Shown piece by piece: positions 1-9,445 of a DNA stretch of 64,000 nt. The stretch comes from Candidatus Daviesbacteria bacterium (GTDB lineage Bacteria > Patescibacteriota > Microgenomatia > Daviesbacterales > UBA10151). The stretch is from assembly GCA_016176335.1 (NCBI GenBank), contig JACOXI010000005.1, positions 63,391-127,390 on the forward strand. The letters are read 5' to 3'. The number at the start of each line of letters is the position of its first letter. Within the stretch, counting starts at the first letter, position 1. Under the pieces are notes generated by a model. The model was not told the DNA's origin and ran no database searches. It saw only the letters and a list, made by a program, of their open reading frames with translations. Position numbers and translations under genes: made by a program.

Positions 1-119
1 TCGGATTTTGGTAAATCCCTGACATGTCCCATTGAGGCTTCTATTTGATACTGGTCGCCCAAAAATTTCTGTAGTGTCCTAGCTTTAGTGGGTGATTCCA
101 CAATAACCAAATTATTCAT
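1..119 (-). CDS. topA: DNA topoisomerase I, N-terminal fragment (runs off window start)
   Basis: Reverse-strand translation from ATG at 119: [39 protein letters not shown]. This matches the Toprim N-terminus of bacterial topoisomerase I. Confidence 0.6.
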   Translation of the reverse strand, partial: MNNLVIVESPTKARTLQKFLGDQYQIEASMGHVRDLPKS

Positions 120-156
120 AATATAAACTTTGGGTTAATTGTATATTGCTTGTCAA

Positions 157-414
157 CTACTCAAAATCAGAGTCTAAAACTTGAGGATTAATTTTTTCCA
201 GTTCTTGTTTTAAATCTGTAGAGGAGTCAAACTTAAAAGTTTTTGGAGCTTGTGGTGGAAGTGGAGTTGGGGTGGGAGAGACAGAAACGTTCTTCAGTCT
301 TCCTAGATTGGGACTGGTAAGACTTTGCACTGCTTCCTTATTTAATTTGACATAAACTAACACGATTGTTACAGATAATGTCAATAATATGATCAAAAGC
401 AGTTTACGGCTCAT
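157..414 (-). CDS. small hypothetical membrane protein (TM then Pro-rich tail)
   Basis: 85 aa ORF with N-terminal hydrophobic helix. Last gene of a same-strand operon with the Clp-like ATPase. Confidence 0.35.
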   Translation of the reverse strand: MSRKLLLIILLTLSVTIVLVYVKLNKEAVQSLTSPNLGRLKNVSVSPTPTPLPPQAPKTFKFDSSTDLKQELEKINPQVLDSDFE

Positions 415-778
415 CCTCTAATACCTTTCCCACCTCATTTTTAGCTCTTAAAACTTTATTCTTCAAAACCTCTAAACTGTATCTTAACTCATTTTTAGAA
501 GAATACTTCTGTGCTCGCTGATAAGCTATTGCTTCTGCAGCATAAGTTATCCAATAATCAGCTGATTTTATGGGTGTATCCACTCCCCCAAAAGCCACCC
601 TGGTTTCTGTAATTCCCTGTCTTCTTCTTACTTCCTCCATAATTGCAGCCAGTCGGGAAACATCATCCTCAAGCCTGCTACAAATTTTTTGATTTACTTC
701 ATCCAAGGTAAACGCATAAACTGGAGACATTGGCAACAACAATAAAAATAAAATAATTACAGGATAAATAATTTTCAT
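404..778 (-). CDS. hypothetical secreted protein (signal peptide)
   Basis: 124 aa ORF with N-terminal signal-like hydrophobic segment. Overlaps start and stop codons with its neighbours (operon). Confidence 0.4.
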   Translation of the reverse strand: MKIIYPVIILFLLLLPMSPVYAFTLDEVNQKICSRLEDDVSRLAAIMEEVRRRQGITETRVAFGGVDTPIKSADYWITYAAEAIAYQRAQKYSSKNELRYSLEVLKNKVLRAKNEVGKVLEDEP

Positions 779-3282
779 CAGGCTAACATCTCCGCGCCTA
801 CTTTAATAACTTGCCCTTTAACCATTTTTTCTTGCAAAATTAACTTGGAAAGTTTGCCCTCTAGGGTATCTTGGATTAAACGGCGTAAGGGCCGGGCTCC
901 TAGCACTGGATCAAAACCGCGCCTGCCAAGTTCAGCAACCAAGCTTTGATCAAATTGAACCAAATATCCTTTTGTTTTTAGATTATTTTGCAAAGCGGAA
1001 AGTTTTAGTGTAACAATTTTTTCCAAATCTATTTGTGACAAAGGCTTAAATAACACCACCTCATCAAACCTGTTTATAAGCTCGGGTTTGAAAGTTTTTA
1101 AAAGTTCATCGTTAACCTGCCTGTCTATTTCATCCAGAGTGCGACCTTGTTGTAACCCTTGAGCAATGATCAGCGAAGCCACGTTTGATGTGGCAATAAT
1201 AATGGTATTTTCAAAATCAATCAGTTTTCCTGCTCCATCAGTTAATCTTCCATCATCCAAAACCTGCAAAAAAAGAGTTAAAACCTTATCATTGGCTTTC
1301 TCAAATTCATCCAAAAGTAATAAAGCATATGGCCTATTCTTTACAGCCTCCGTCAACAATCCACCCTCACTTGGCCCACCTATTAACCTTACTACAGACT
1401 CCGGATTTTGGTACTCGGACATATCAAATCTTAAAAATGCTCCGGCAGTTTTAAAGTATACATCTGCCAAAGTTTTGGCCAGCTCGGTTTTACCAACTCC
1501 TGTCGGTCCTACAAATAAAAATGAACCAATTGGTCTGCCGTCCTCGTTCATGCCGGTTGCAGATCTCCTTAAAGCATCAGACACCCCCTTGACTGCTTGC
1601 TCCTGACCAATCAACCTGTGATGAAGTTCTTGCTCAAAATGCAAAAGCCGAAGTTTATCCACTGTCCCGACTTCCCAAATCGGCACTTTGACCCTGGATG
1701 ACACAACTTTCCTGACAATATCTCCTGTTACCCAGCCGTTCACAGATTTTGTCATGGCTTCTTTCAAAACCGAAATTGCGGAATCCGGCAAAACCCGATC
1801 ATGTACCAATTTTTTAGCTAAATCTATGGCAGTTTTTATGGCAATAAAAGAAATTTTGAGTTTATCCGTTCTCTCGGCATTAATACTTCTATATTCCAAA
1901 ACTTCCAGAGTTTCCTCATCCGTTGCGGCAGGCATTTCAATTTTTCTAAAAATTCTGGCAAATGAACCATTTTTCTCTAAAATTCTGGAATAATTTTCCG
2001 GCTCTGTTGTGCCTACAAATTGGAAAGTATCGGATTCAAGGTAGGGCTGAAGCAGAGAATATAGATTTAAACTGCTACCAACCTCCCCTACTCCCAACTG
2101 GTGAATTTCATCAATAACAATAATGATATTTTGGGCAAAAGACACTTCTTCAAAGATATTTTTAATCCTGTCTGCCAGATCGCCTTGGGTGCGCATTCCT
2201 GATAAGAGTTTTGTTAAATCCAAACTGACCACCCTTTTTGTGGCAAGTGATAAAGGTGCATCACCGGCAATGATCATCTTGGCCAAATGCCTTATCAGTG
2301 TGGATTTGCCGCAACCTGCGGGGCCAACCAAAATAACATTCCGACCGGAGGTCTGCGATAAAATATTTACCACCTCGGAAACAACAGACGAAGATCTGAC
2401 AAATCTGGCGCTTGTTTCTTTGCTGACCAACTTTGTCAAATCATCTCCCACCACATCCAAAGCAGGAGTAGGCACCCCAAGCCAGCCCCTGTTCACCCCT
2501 TTTAAGTGACGTACGCTGAAATCATCATCCCAAATCCACACTTTTCTCCAAAATTCCCTCTTTCTTTCCAAATAATATAGGGCTCCCAAAAAATCTGCCG
2601 GTTTTAGATCAAGTTTTAAAAGGGCATTTTCAATATTGGGAACATCTAAAATAGCCGCTACAAAAAAATGTCTTGGGCCAATATGTGCGCTGCCAATCTT
2701 TTTTGCATACTCAAATGCACTTCTGCCTGTTTTCTCCGGGTTACTGATCTCAAATTGTGGAAGGCTCTGAAGTTGCAGCTCTAAATTTGCCAGAAGATCC
2801 AAAACTTCTCTTCGAGCTAACAGCTTTTTTAATGTTAGGTCCTGACTTTTAACTGATGCCGCATCCCAAAAACTATCATTTGCGATCTGCCAGACTTTTT
2901 TATGTGGTAGAGAACTGATCTGAATTATAAAAAGACCTACTCCCGATAAAAAAATAATTCTGCTTAAAAATGGCGGCGTATCCAAAATGGCCAAAACCGG
3001 CAAGGACAACCAATATCCGGCTATGGCCAAAAGAACGATAGTTGCGATGATAAATGCAAATAAACCTATTAGAATCCGCAGAGTGCGGAAGAGAAAACTT
3101 AAGAATCTACCCACAAAGGTGGAATCATGAAAAAGAGGAACAAACAAGAGCCGCATCATGAGCTTTACCGCCAAATCTTCTTCCAGATAAAGCATCAAAT
3201 TCTTCCATGTCCGAACAAAAAACTGTATACCTTCAGGATACCAAAACTCGATTAAATATACGGGCAGTTTCAAGTATTTCAT
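778..3282 (-). CDS. membrane-anchored Clp-family double AAA+ ATPase (ClpA/B/C-like)
   Basis: 834 aa. Two Walker A motifs (GPAGCGKST, GPTGVGKTELAKT). Clp D2 signature (LLLDEFEKA...IIATSN). One Clp_N-like repeat (HIGPRHFFVAAILD). N-terminal about 130 aa hold two predicted TM helices. Confidence 0.8.
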   Translation of the reverse strand: MKYLKLPVYLIEFWYPEGIQFFVRTWKNLMLYLEEDLAVKLMMRLLFVPLFHDSTFVGRFLSFLFRTLRILIGLFAFIIATIVLLAIAGYWLSLPVLAILDTPPFLSRIIFLSGVGLFIIQISSLPHKKVWQIANDSFWDAASVKSQDLTLKKLLARREVLDLLANLELQLQSLPQFEISNPEKTGRSAFEYAKKIGSAHIGPRHFFVAAILDVPNIENALLKLDLKPADFLGALYYLERKREFWRKVWIWDDDFSVRHLKGVNRGWLGVPTPALDVVGDDLTKLVSKETSARFVRSSSVVSEVVNILSQTSGRNVILVGPAGCGKSTLIRHLAKMIIAGDAPLSLATKRVVSLDLTKLLSGMRTQGDLADRIKNIFEEVSFAQNIIIVIDEIHQLGVGEVGSSLNLYSLLQPYLESDTFQFVGTTEPENYSRILEKNGSFARIFRKIEMPAATDEETLEVLEYRSINAERTDKLKISFIAIKTAIDLAKKLVHDRVLPDSAISVLKEAMTKSVNGWVTGDIVRKVVSSRVKVPIWEVGTVDKLRLLHFEQELHHRLIGQEQAVKGVSDALRRSATGMNEDGRPIGSFLFVGPTGVGKTELAKTLADVYFKTAGAFLRFDMSEYQNPESVVRLIGGPSEGGLLTEAVKNRPYALLLLDEFEKANDKVLTLFLQVLDDGRLTDGAGKLIDFENTIIIATSNVASLIIAQGLQQGRTLDEIDRQVNDELLKTFKPELINRFDEVVLFKPLSQIDLEKIVTLKLSALQNNLKTKGYLVQFDQSLVAELGRRGFDPVLGARPLRRLIQDTLEGKLSKLILQEKMVKGQVIKVGAEMLA

Positions 3283-3288
3283 ACTCCA

Positions 3289-3648
3289 CTACTTCGCTCT
3301 CACAAAATTACCATCAATATCAAGTTCCACAAAATGCTTTGCACTGCCTTCAACATATGCGGAGCATTGATTTTCCAAAAGATCATCAATCGCTTTTCGG
3401 GGCCGGTGTACAATATCAACTACCCAACCGGGCATTAAGGCATTAGACAAACAAGGACCGTTTGAAAAATCCTCCCCTCTCATTTTTTTCTGATTATAAA
3501 AGTATTTTGCCTGATTTATGGCGGTATCAAGTTCCCTCTTTGGGACCACCTCCGAAGAGCCGATATTAAATACCAAAGTGAGATAGGCTGTCAGCAGGAT
3601 CACTATTAAAGCCAGGATAAAGACAATTCTTTTGGGCATCAACTTCAT
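3289..3648 (-). CDS. hypothetical membrane protein
   Basis: ORF with TM helix (IVFILALIVILLTAYLTLVF). Start trimmed to internal Met to avoid overlap with dprA. Confidence 0.35.
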   Translation of the reverse strand: MKLMPKRIVFILALIVILLTAYLTLVFNIGSSEVVPKRELDTAINQAKYFYNQKKMRGEDFSNGPCLSNALMPGWVVDIVHRPRKAIDDLLENQCSAYVEGSAKHFVELDIDGNFVRAK

Positions 3649-3652
3649 TATC

Positions 3653-4735
3653 TCATATTCTGCAATATGTCCCGTTACCCAAGTTTTGCACCAAACCCGC
3701 AATCTCCATTTTTAATAGTGTGCCGGAAACTTGCGCAGCAGACATTTTTAAATTTCTGCAAATCTCATCCATATGCAATTGTTCATTTCCCAAATACTCC
3801 AAAATCTTCTTCTCCTCTTCTGAAAGATTAACATCATTTGTATTTTTGATATTTGAATTTTGATTTTGTTTGAAACCCATTTCCTCCAAAATCTCTTGAG
3901 GGTCAAAAATGGGCCTTGCCCCTTCTTTCATTAAATCTACCGGGCCGCGGGATAAAGTGGATGTGACAGGACCCGGCACTGCAAAAACTTCCCTTCCTTG
4001 CTCCAAAGCTATACGAGCCGTAATTAACGAACCGGAATCTTCTGCTGCCTCAACCACTAAAACTCCCAAAGACAGTCCTGAAATAATTCTGTTTCTTGCG
4101 GGAAAATTGCCAGGCATTGACGGGTAATCAGGCGGAAATTCGGATAGTACTAATCCCCCTCTATCAATGATTCTCTCCGCCAGAGACCTGTTTTCCGGAG
4201 GGTAGATATTTTTCAACCCTCCCCCCAAAACAGCGATAGTCCTGCCTCCAGCTCTGATTGTTGATAAATGTGCTTCCGCATCTATCCCTCTTGCCAGTCC
4301 CGAAACAATAGTTAGCCCCCCGTCAACCAACCTTTTAACAAACTGCTCTGTCACTGCCCGGCCATAGCCTGTGATCTTTCTTGTTCCCACAACAGCGATA
4401 GCTTTTTCATCCTTTTTAATCTGCCCTTTATAATAAATCACGACCGGCGGATCATAAATTTGTTTTAATAGGTACGGATAGTGTTCATCAAAAATAGTCA
4501 ACCAGGAAATGCCTGCTTTCTTAATAGACTCTGCATAAAGGGCAGGGTCAAGTTTCCTCCTCTCTGCTGCCAGAAGATCCGCTACATTTTGCGGTATTCC
4601 AATTTCCCTAATCACTCCAATATTTGCCTCCCAGGCAAGGCGCGGATCTTTAAAATAATTTAAAATAGCCTTAAGCCTGATTGGCCCCAGCCCATCTATG
4701 GAATGAAGAGCCAGAAGATACGGAATGTTTCCCAT
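3653..4735 (-). CDS. dprA: DNA processing protein DprA/Smf
   Basis: 360 aa. Rossmann-fold DprA core (GLARGIDAEAHLSTIRAGGRTIAVLGGGL), N-terminal HhH/SAM-like part and C-terminal winged-helix-like tail. Confidence 0.85.
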   Translation of the reverse strand: MGNIPYLLALHSIDGLGPIRLKAILNYFKDPRLAWEANIGVIREIGIPQNVADLLAAERRKLDPALYAESIKKAGISWLTIFDEHYPYLLKQIYDPPVVIYYKGQIKKDEKAIAVVGTRKITGYGRAVTEQFVKRLVDGGLTIVSGLARGIDAEAHLSTIRAGGRTIAVLGGGLKNIYPPENRSLAERIIDRGGLVLSEFPPDYPSMPGNFPARNRIISGLSLGVLVVEAAEDSGSLITARIALEQGREVFAVPGPVTSTLSRGPVDLMKEGARPIFDPQEILEEMGFKQNQNSNIKNTNDVNLSEEEKKILEYLGNEQLHMDEICRNLKMSAAQVSGTLLKMEIAGLVQNLGNGTYCRI

Positions 4736-4763
4736 GATAATTACCTCTATGGTAACATAACAG

Positions 4764-6683
4764 TTATTCCCCTAAAGTGTGACCTGAATTAGTTGCTTGG
4801 GTATATACATCCTGGATCAGTTTATTTTTATCAGGAGAAAAATACCAGCGGAAAGTTTCTTTAACAACAGGTGCGGCAACAGATGAACCCTCCCCTCCTC
4901 CTTCTATTAAAACCGTCATTGCTATTTTGGGGTTATCGGAGGGGCCGTATCCTGTATACCATGCATGAACCCTATTTTTTGGGTCGCCAAACTCCGCTGT
5001 GCCAGTTTTTCCCGCGGTGGGAATGGGAAAAGTAAAAAACGGCCATGCTGTTCCCCCATTTCTTGTAACCAGATTTAATCCTTGTCGAATAAGTTCAATT
5101 TTATCCGAAGATATAATATCCGAAACCAACACTTTTGGTTTATATTCAAAAACAACTTGCTCGCCCTTGACAATTTTTTCCACCAGTTGCGGTTTGTATA
5201 AGATCCCGTCTGAAGCAACAAAAGATGTGATCCCTAAAATTTGCAAAGGAGTTGTCAGCACAAATCCCTGCCCTATTGCCATATGTAAGGTATCCCCGGG
5301 ATACCAAACTTCTCCAATAGTTTGCCTTTTCCAGGCATCTTCAGGCACTAAACCTGTTTCTTCGGAAGGAAGATCTATGTCCAGTCTTCCACCCAATCTC
5401 AATTTCTTGGACCAATCAACCAAAGCTTTCTCTCCAATTAACCTTCCCACCTCATAAAAGTAAGTATCATTTGACCTTTGCAGAGCTTTAATAAGATTGA
5501 CCGGCCCTTCTGTTCTGCCGTATTGATTGAAGTACCAGTTGGTAAATCTAAAAGTCCCCAAATACAAAACACCGTTGTCTACAAATATTGTTTGGGGAGT
5601 AATTTTGGAAGATGCGAGGGCGGCAAGAGATGACACAATCTTGTATGTTGAGCCCGGCGGATAAGTTCCAGCAATGCTTCTGTTTAGAACCGGTGAATCT
5701 TTTTGGTTTAAAATCTGGAGAATACTGCTTTCGTCTGTGGGGTTGGTAAAATTATTAGGATCAAAGGTGGGGAAAGAAACCAAGGATAAGATTTTGCCAC
5801 TTTTCGGATCCTCTGCCAAAGCTGCAGCACAACAACTACCCACCTTTGCCAGTGTGTTTTTGGTTAACTCAAAAACTTGATCCTGTAACTGCGCATCAAT
5901 TGTCAGATAAACGTTTTGTCCGGGGGTAGGAAGTTCTATACGCAGCGTCCGCAATTTCGATCCCCTAGATTCAACCTCAACAATCTCTCCGCCATCTACT
6001 CCTTTTAAAACTTTTTCATATTGCGCTTCAATCCCGCTTTTTCCAATTCTATCTCCCAATTTGTAACCTTGAAACTGATCACTTGTTAATTGCTCCTGGG
6101 AAATTTCACCCACATAACCTAGAACGTGAGCCATTCTTTCACCCTGCGGGTAGGTTCTAACATTATCTATTTCCAAATTTTGCGCCCTCGGGTCGTTTTT
6201 AACCTCCAATTCCAAAGCCTGCTCTCTTGTGATCAGCCTTGTTTTCTTACTCTGTTCATCAAACAGCCTAAAAGCAGGGGAGTTGGCTGCCAAAACTCTG
6301 CCTTCCCTATCAAAGATCACTCCTCTGGGCGCGTGAATTATGCGGATTTGAATCCTGTTACCGTCTGCCAAACTTCTATTGGCTTCGCCCTTCACAATTT
6401 GTAAATTAAACATTTTCAAAAAAAGGGTAAAAAATATTACCAGACTGATTGCGGCAAGTACCGCAACACGCCAACCGCTGTTCGAATTTAAACCTACCCC
6501 TTTATATTCAAAATTAGGTATTAGTGAATCTATCCAGTCCGCCCCAGTGTGGTTATTTTTAGAATAGGTGCGTTTGCCGGCTATTTTGGAAATCTCATCT
6601 GAAAATCCCAAGCCCAAGCTTTTCCTTTTTTTGATCATACCTTCAGCTTGATATCTGCTCTTACGATAAATCTTTCCTCCCAA
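4764..6683 (-). CDS. mrdA: penicillin-binding protein 2 (class B transpeptidase)
   Basis: 639 aa. N-terminal TM. SxxK (STYK), SxN (SND) and KTG (KTGTA) motifs. Located next to mreC and mreD. Confidence 0.85.
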   Translation of the reverse strand: MGGKIYRKSRYQAEGMIKKRKSLGLGFSDEISKIAGKRTYSKNNHTGADWIDSLIPNFEYKGVGLNSNSGWRVAVLAAISLVIFFTLFLKMFNLQIVKGEANRSLADGNRIQIRIIHAPRGVIFDREGRVLAANSPAFRLFDEQSKKTRLITREQALELEVKNDPRAQNLEIDNVRTYPQGERMAHVLGYVGEISQEQLTSDQFQGYKLGDRIGKSGIEAQYEKVLKGVDGGEIVEVESRGSKLRTLRIELPTPGQNVYLTIDAQLQDQVFELTKNTLAKVGSCCAAALAEDPKSGKILSLVSFPTFDPNNFTNPTDESSILQILNQKDSPVLNRSIAGTYPPGSTYKIVSSLAALASSKITPQTIFVDNGVLYLGTFRFTNWYFNQYGRTEGPVNLIKALQRSNDTYFYEVGRLIGEKALVDWSKKLRLGGRLDIDLPSEETGLVPEDAWKRQTIGEVWYPGDTLHMAIGQGFVLTTPLQILGITSFVASDGILYKPQLVEKIVKGEQVVFEYKPKVLVSDIISSDKIELIRQGLNLVTRNGGTAWPFFTFPIPTAGKTGTAEFGDPKNRVHAWYTGYGPSDNPKIAMTVLIEGGGEGSSVAAPVVKETFRWYFSPDKNKLIQDVYTQATNSGHTLGE

Positions 6684-7081
6684 AGTCGAATTAAATATAA
6701 AATCGGCAAAGATATAATACTTTCAATCAAAATTCTGGGGAAAATTTGGATAGTTTGTTGCAAAAGAAAGACATTGGTAATTTGGTTTGCGGAAAGCAGT
6801 ACAAACACAAGCGGAATTAAACTTACTGAATTTCCTGCCAGTCTGGATTTGGAAAGCACTTGAGTGATCTGAATAAGAATTAAATATAAGACACTTTTAA
6901 CACCGATCAAAGTAAGGGTCAGGTGCGATATTAAAAGACCAAATAAAAAAGCAAGGTATAAATTTTCCTTGCCGGTTTTAATATAAGCTCTGCAGATTAA
7001 AATTATTAAAAGCAAATCTAAAGGCAGAAGAGTAGTCTGAATAAATGCGGCAATAATTAAAACAATAATTAAAGTCTTCAT
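6635..7081 (-). CDS. mreD: rod shape-determining protein MreD-like
   Basis: 148 aa polytopic membrane protein immediately downstream of mreC and upstream of PBP2. Confidence 0.5.
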   Translation of the reverse strand: MKTLIIVLIIAAFIQTTLLPLDLLLIILICRAYIKTGKENLYLAFLFGLLISHLTLTLIGVKSVLYLILIQITQVLSKSRLAGNSVSLIPLVFVLLSANQITNVFLLQQTIQIFPRILIESIISLPILYLIRLWEERFIVRADIKLKV

Positions 7082-7082
7082 G

Positions 7083-7871
7083 TTACTCCCCTATTACAAA
7101 CACTAACTCCAGATCCCTGATATCAAAAATCTGTTCTACTTTTGCCTGTTTGAAGATCTCATTCTCTCTGCTTAAAACTTCTTTTACCCTGCCTAAAATT
7201 AATCCTCTTGGTAAAAATCCTTCCGTTCCTTCGGAATAAACCAAATCCCCCACAGTAATTTCTTCCTCATGCAAAATTTTATCCATCAAGAGGTCTGTTC
7301 CAAACTGGCCCAACAAAACACCTTTAGCCCGTCTTTCTTTCCCGATGGAAAAAGCGGATACTTTTGAATCCGGATCTGTCAGCAGTTGAATTAAACTGGC
7401 CTTTTCCGAAACCTGAATTATTTTGCCTACATAGTTGTCGTTTACCACCACCGCCTGGTTTTGTGCGACTTTGGAGATTTGCCCTTGATCGATTTTTAAA
7501 TACCTGCCTAAACCAATAGGCCTTGCTGCTATCAGATTATAAGTTCCTGCATCAATATACTTTTCCTGTGAGATTTGAGCTTCTGTCTCTGACAGTCTTT
7601 TGCGCAAAGTGGCGTTTTCTGAAAGTAACTCCCCTAATTGTGCCTTTAACGCCTTGTTTTCTTGGGCAGCGAAGCGGGCCAAGAAAACAAAATTTAATTG
7701 GCTGATGGATTTGTTTGATGACTTATATAAGCCGAAAGATACCGGATTAGTGATATAAAAAGCCCATTGCTTTGGCAAACTTAAAAGATTTAAACTATCA
7801 AGTAGTATTAATGCCAAAGAGGCAAAAAACAAAATAAGAAAAATTTGTAAGTTGGGGACAGCCTTTATCAT
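7083..7871 (-). CDS. mreC: rod shape-determining protein MreC
   Basis: 262 aa. N-terminal TM, coiled-coil segment and beta-rich C-terminal domain. Conserved position between mreD and PBP2. Confidence 0.7.
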   Translation of the reverse strand: MIKAVPNLQIFLILFFASLALILLDSLNLLSLPKQWAFYITNPVSFGLYKSSNKSISQLNFVFLARFAAQENKALKAQLGELLSENATLRKRLSETEAQISQEKYIDAGTYNLIAARPIGLGRYLKIDQGQISKVAQNQAVVVNDNYVGKIIQVSEKASLIQLLTDPDSKVSAFSIGKERRAKGVLLGQFGTDLLMDKILHEEEITVGDLVYSEGTEGFLPRGLILGRVKEVLSRENEIFKQAKVEQIFDIRDLELVFVIGE

Positions 7872-7959
7872 AAGACTGGCTTAATATAACATAATTTTCC
7901 CAGGGTGTCTTTTGGACTTGCAAAGATTTTTGCAACAGGTTATAGTTTTTTTAAATTGA

Positions 7960-8727
7960 ATGACAAATACATCTTTTTCCGACAAACTGGCTACAAAATG
8001 GAATGAGGGTAAATTTGTCTGTGTTGGTCTGGATTCTTCCAATTATTCACTTATCCAAAAAGTTGTTGATCAAACTCACGATATAGTCTGTACTTATAAA
8101 ACAAACAGCGCTTTTTTTGAGGCAGATTCTGCTGCAGGGTGGGAATCTCTAAAAAGGATTATTCAACATATTAAAACAAATTATCCTGATATTCCAATTA
8201 TTTTAGATGCCAAAAGAGGTGATATTGGCAATACTAATGAGGCTTATGCAAAAGCTATCTTTGATGAGTTAGGAGTAGATGCTGTTACAGTTTCCCCATA
8301 TTTAGGTAAAGAATCTTTAGCTCCATTTTTAGAAAGAGCAGATAAAGGTATTTTTGTTTTAGTTAAAACTTCAAATGAGGGGGCAGGAGAATTCCAAGAT
8401 CTAACAACTGAAGGCAAACCACTTTATCAGGTTGTAGCAGAACATGTAAAAGAATGGAATACCAATAATCATTTAGCAGTGGTGGTTGGAGCAACTTATC
8501 CAGAAGAATTATCCAAAGTCAGGAGAATTGTCGGAGATATGCCTATTTTGGTTCCGGGGATTGGGGCACAGGGTGGAGATTTGGAACAAACTATAAAAAA
8601 TGGTTTGGATAGTAATAAACAGGGTTTGATAATCTCCTCTTCCAGAAGCATTATTTTTGCCCCCAATCCCAAAGAAGCTGCTCTAACTTTACATTCCCGA
8701 ATTCAGGAGATTTTGAAAAATGTCTAA
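7960..8727 (+). CDS. pyrF: orotidine 5'-phosphate decarboxylase
   Basis: 255 aa. Motifs VGLDSS and ILDAKRGDIGNT. Sits in a pyr gene cluster. Confidence 0.8.
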   Translation: MTNTSFSDKLATKWNEGKFVCVGLDSSNYSLIQKVVDQTHDIVCTYKTNSAFFEADSAAGWESLKRIIQHIKTNYPDIPIILDAKRGDIGNTNEAYAKAIFDELGVDAVTVSPYLGKESLAPFLERADKGIFVLVKTSNEGAGEFQDLTTEGKPLYQVVAEHVKEWNTNNHLAVVVGATYPEELSKVRRIVGDMPILVPGIGAQGGDLEQTIKNGLDSNKQGLIISSSRSIIFAPNPKEAALTLHSRIQEILKNV

Positions 8728-9445
8728 CCTCACCAAATCTCAAGAGGAACTGGCAGATTTACTTTTAAATACTCGCACCCACGCCAAGGTTAGAAGACGA
8801 AAACACACCAACGGAAAAGTAGAATTTTATTATGTAATCCGTGATACCAGTCCTGTTGATTTTAGAGTTGATCCTTCTGAATTTGCCTTTGTCCATCATG
8901 AAAAACATCCTGATGCGCCACTTTCTCCAATTATTGTTAATCTAAGAAACCTCCCTGAAAGTCTAAATAAAAAGATTGCAAAGTGCATGGCTGAAGTCCC
9001 TTTAAAACAGGTTCCAGATTTTTGTACGGGGATACCAAATGCTGCTATCCCTTATGCTCAAGAATTTTCCCATATCACAAATATTCCCTATGTGACAATT
9101 TTTGAAAAGGATGATAACCCCGCAAGTCCCAGGATTGTACCTGCCAAAGATGCGCCAAATGGAGATGGGAAAACTTTATTAATAGTTGATGATGTTATCA
9201 CAAAAGGTGAGTCAAAATTTAGGGCTTTTAAAGTTGCTGAAGAGTTGAGTTATAAAGTAATTGGTTTAGTTGTTTTAGTGGATAGAGGAGAAGGAGGCAA
9301 AGAAATAATTGAACAGGCAGGTTATCAGTTTTATGCTCCTTTATCCTTAAAAGGGCTGCTGGATTATTACCTTGAAAAGAACAGTATAAATAAAGATCAA
9401 TATGATGAAGTAATAGAATATATAAAGCAGTCACAAGATGTCTAA
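8720..9445 (+). CDS. pyrE: orotate phosphoribosyltransferase-like type I PRTase
   Basis: 241 aa. PRPP-binding motif LLIVDDVITKGES. Lies between pyrF and pyrC. Confidence 0.6.
   Translation: MSNLTKSQEELADLLLNTRTHAKVRRRKHTNGKVEFYYVIRDTSPVDFRVDPSEFAFVHHEKHPDAPLSPIIVNLRNLPESLNKKIAKCMAEVPLKQVPDFCTGIPNAAIPYAQEFSHITNIPYVTIFEKDDNPASPRIVPAKDAPNGDGKTLLIVDDVITKGESKFRAFKVAEELSYKVIGLVVLVDRGEGGKEIIEQAGYQFYAPLSLKGLLDYYLEKNSINKDQYDEVIEYIKQSQDV

Noticed and set aside
1166-2509. Plus-strand ORFs 1166..1606, 1688..1993 and 2123..2509 from the six-frame track, and similar antisense ORFs elsewhere (e.g. 12634..13388, 33267..33597, 37691..37957, 43448..43913)
   Set aside because: They lie entirely inside much longer, motif-supported genes on the opposite strand or in another frame. 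They are shadow ORFs typical of AT-rich genomes.
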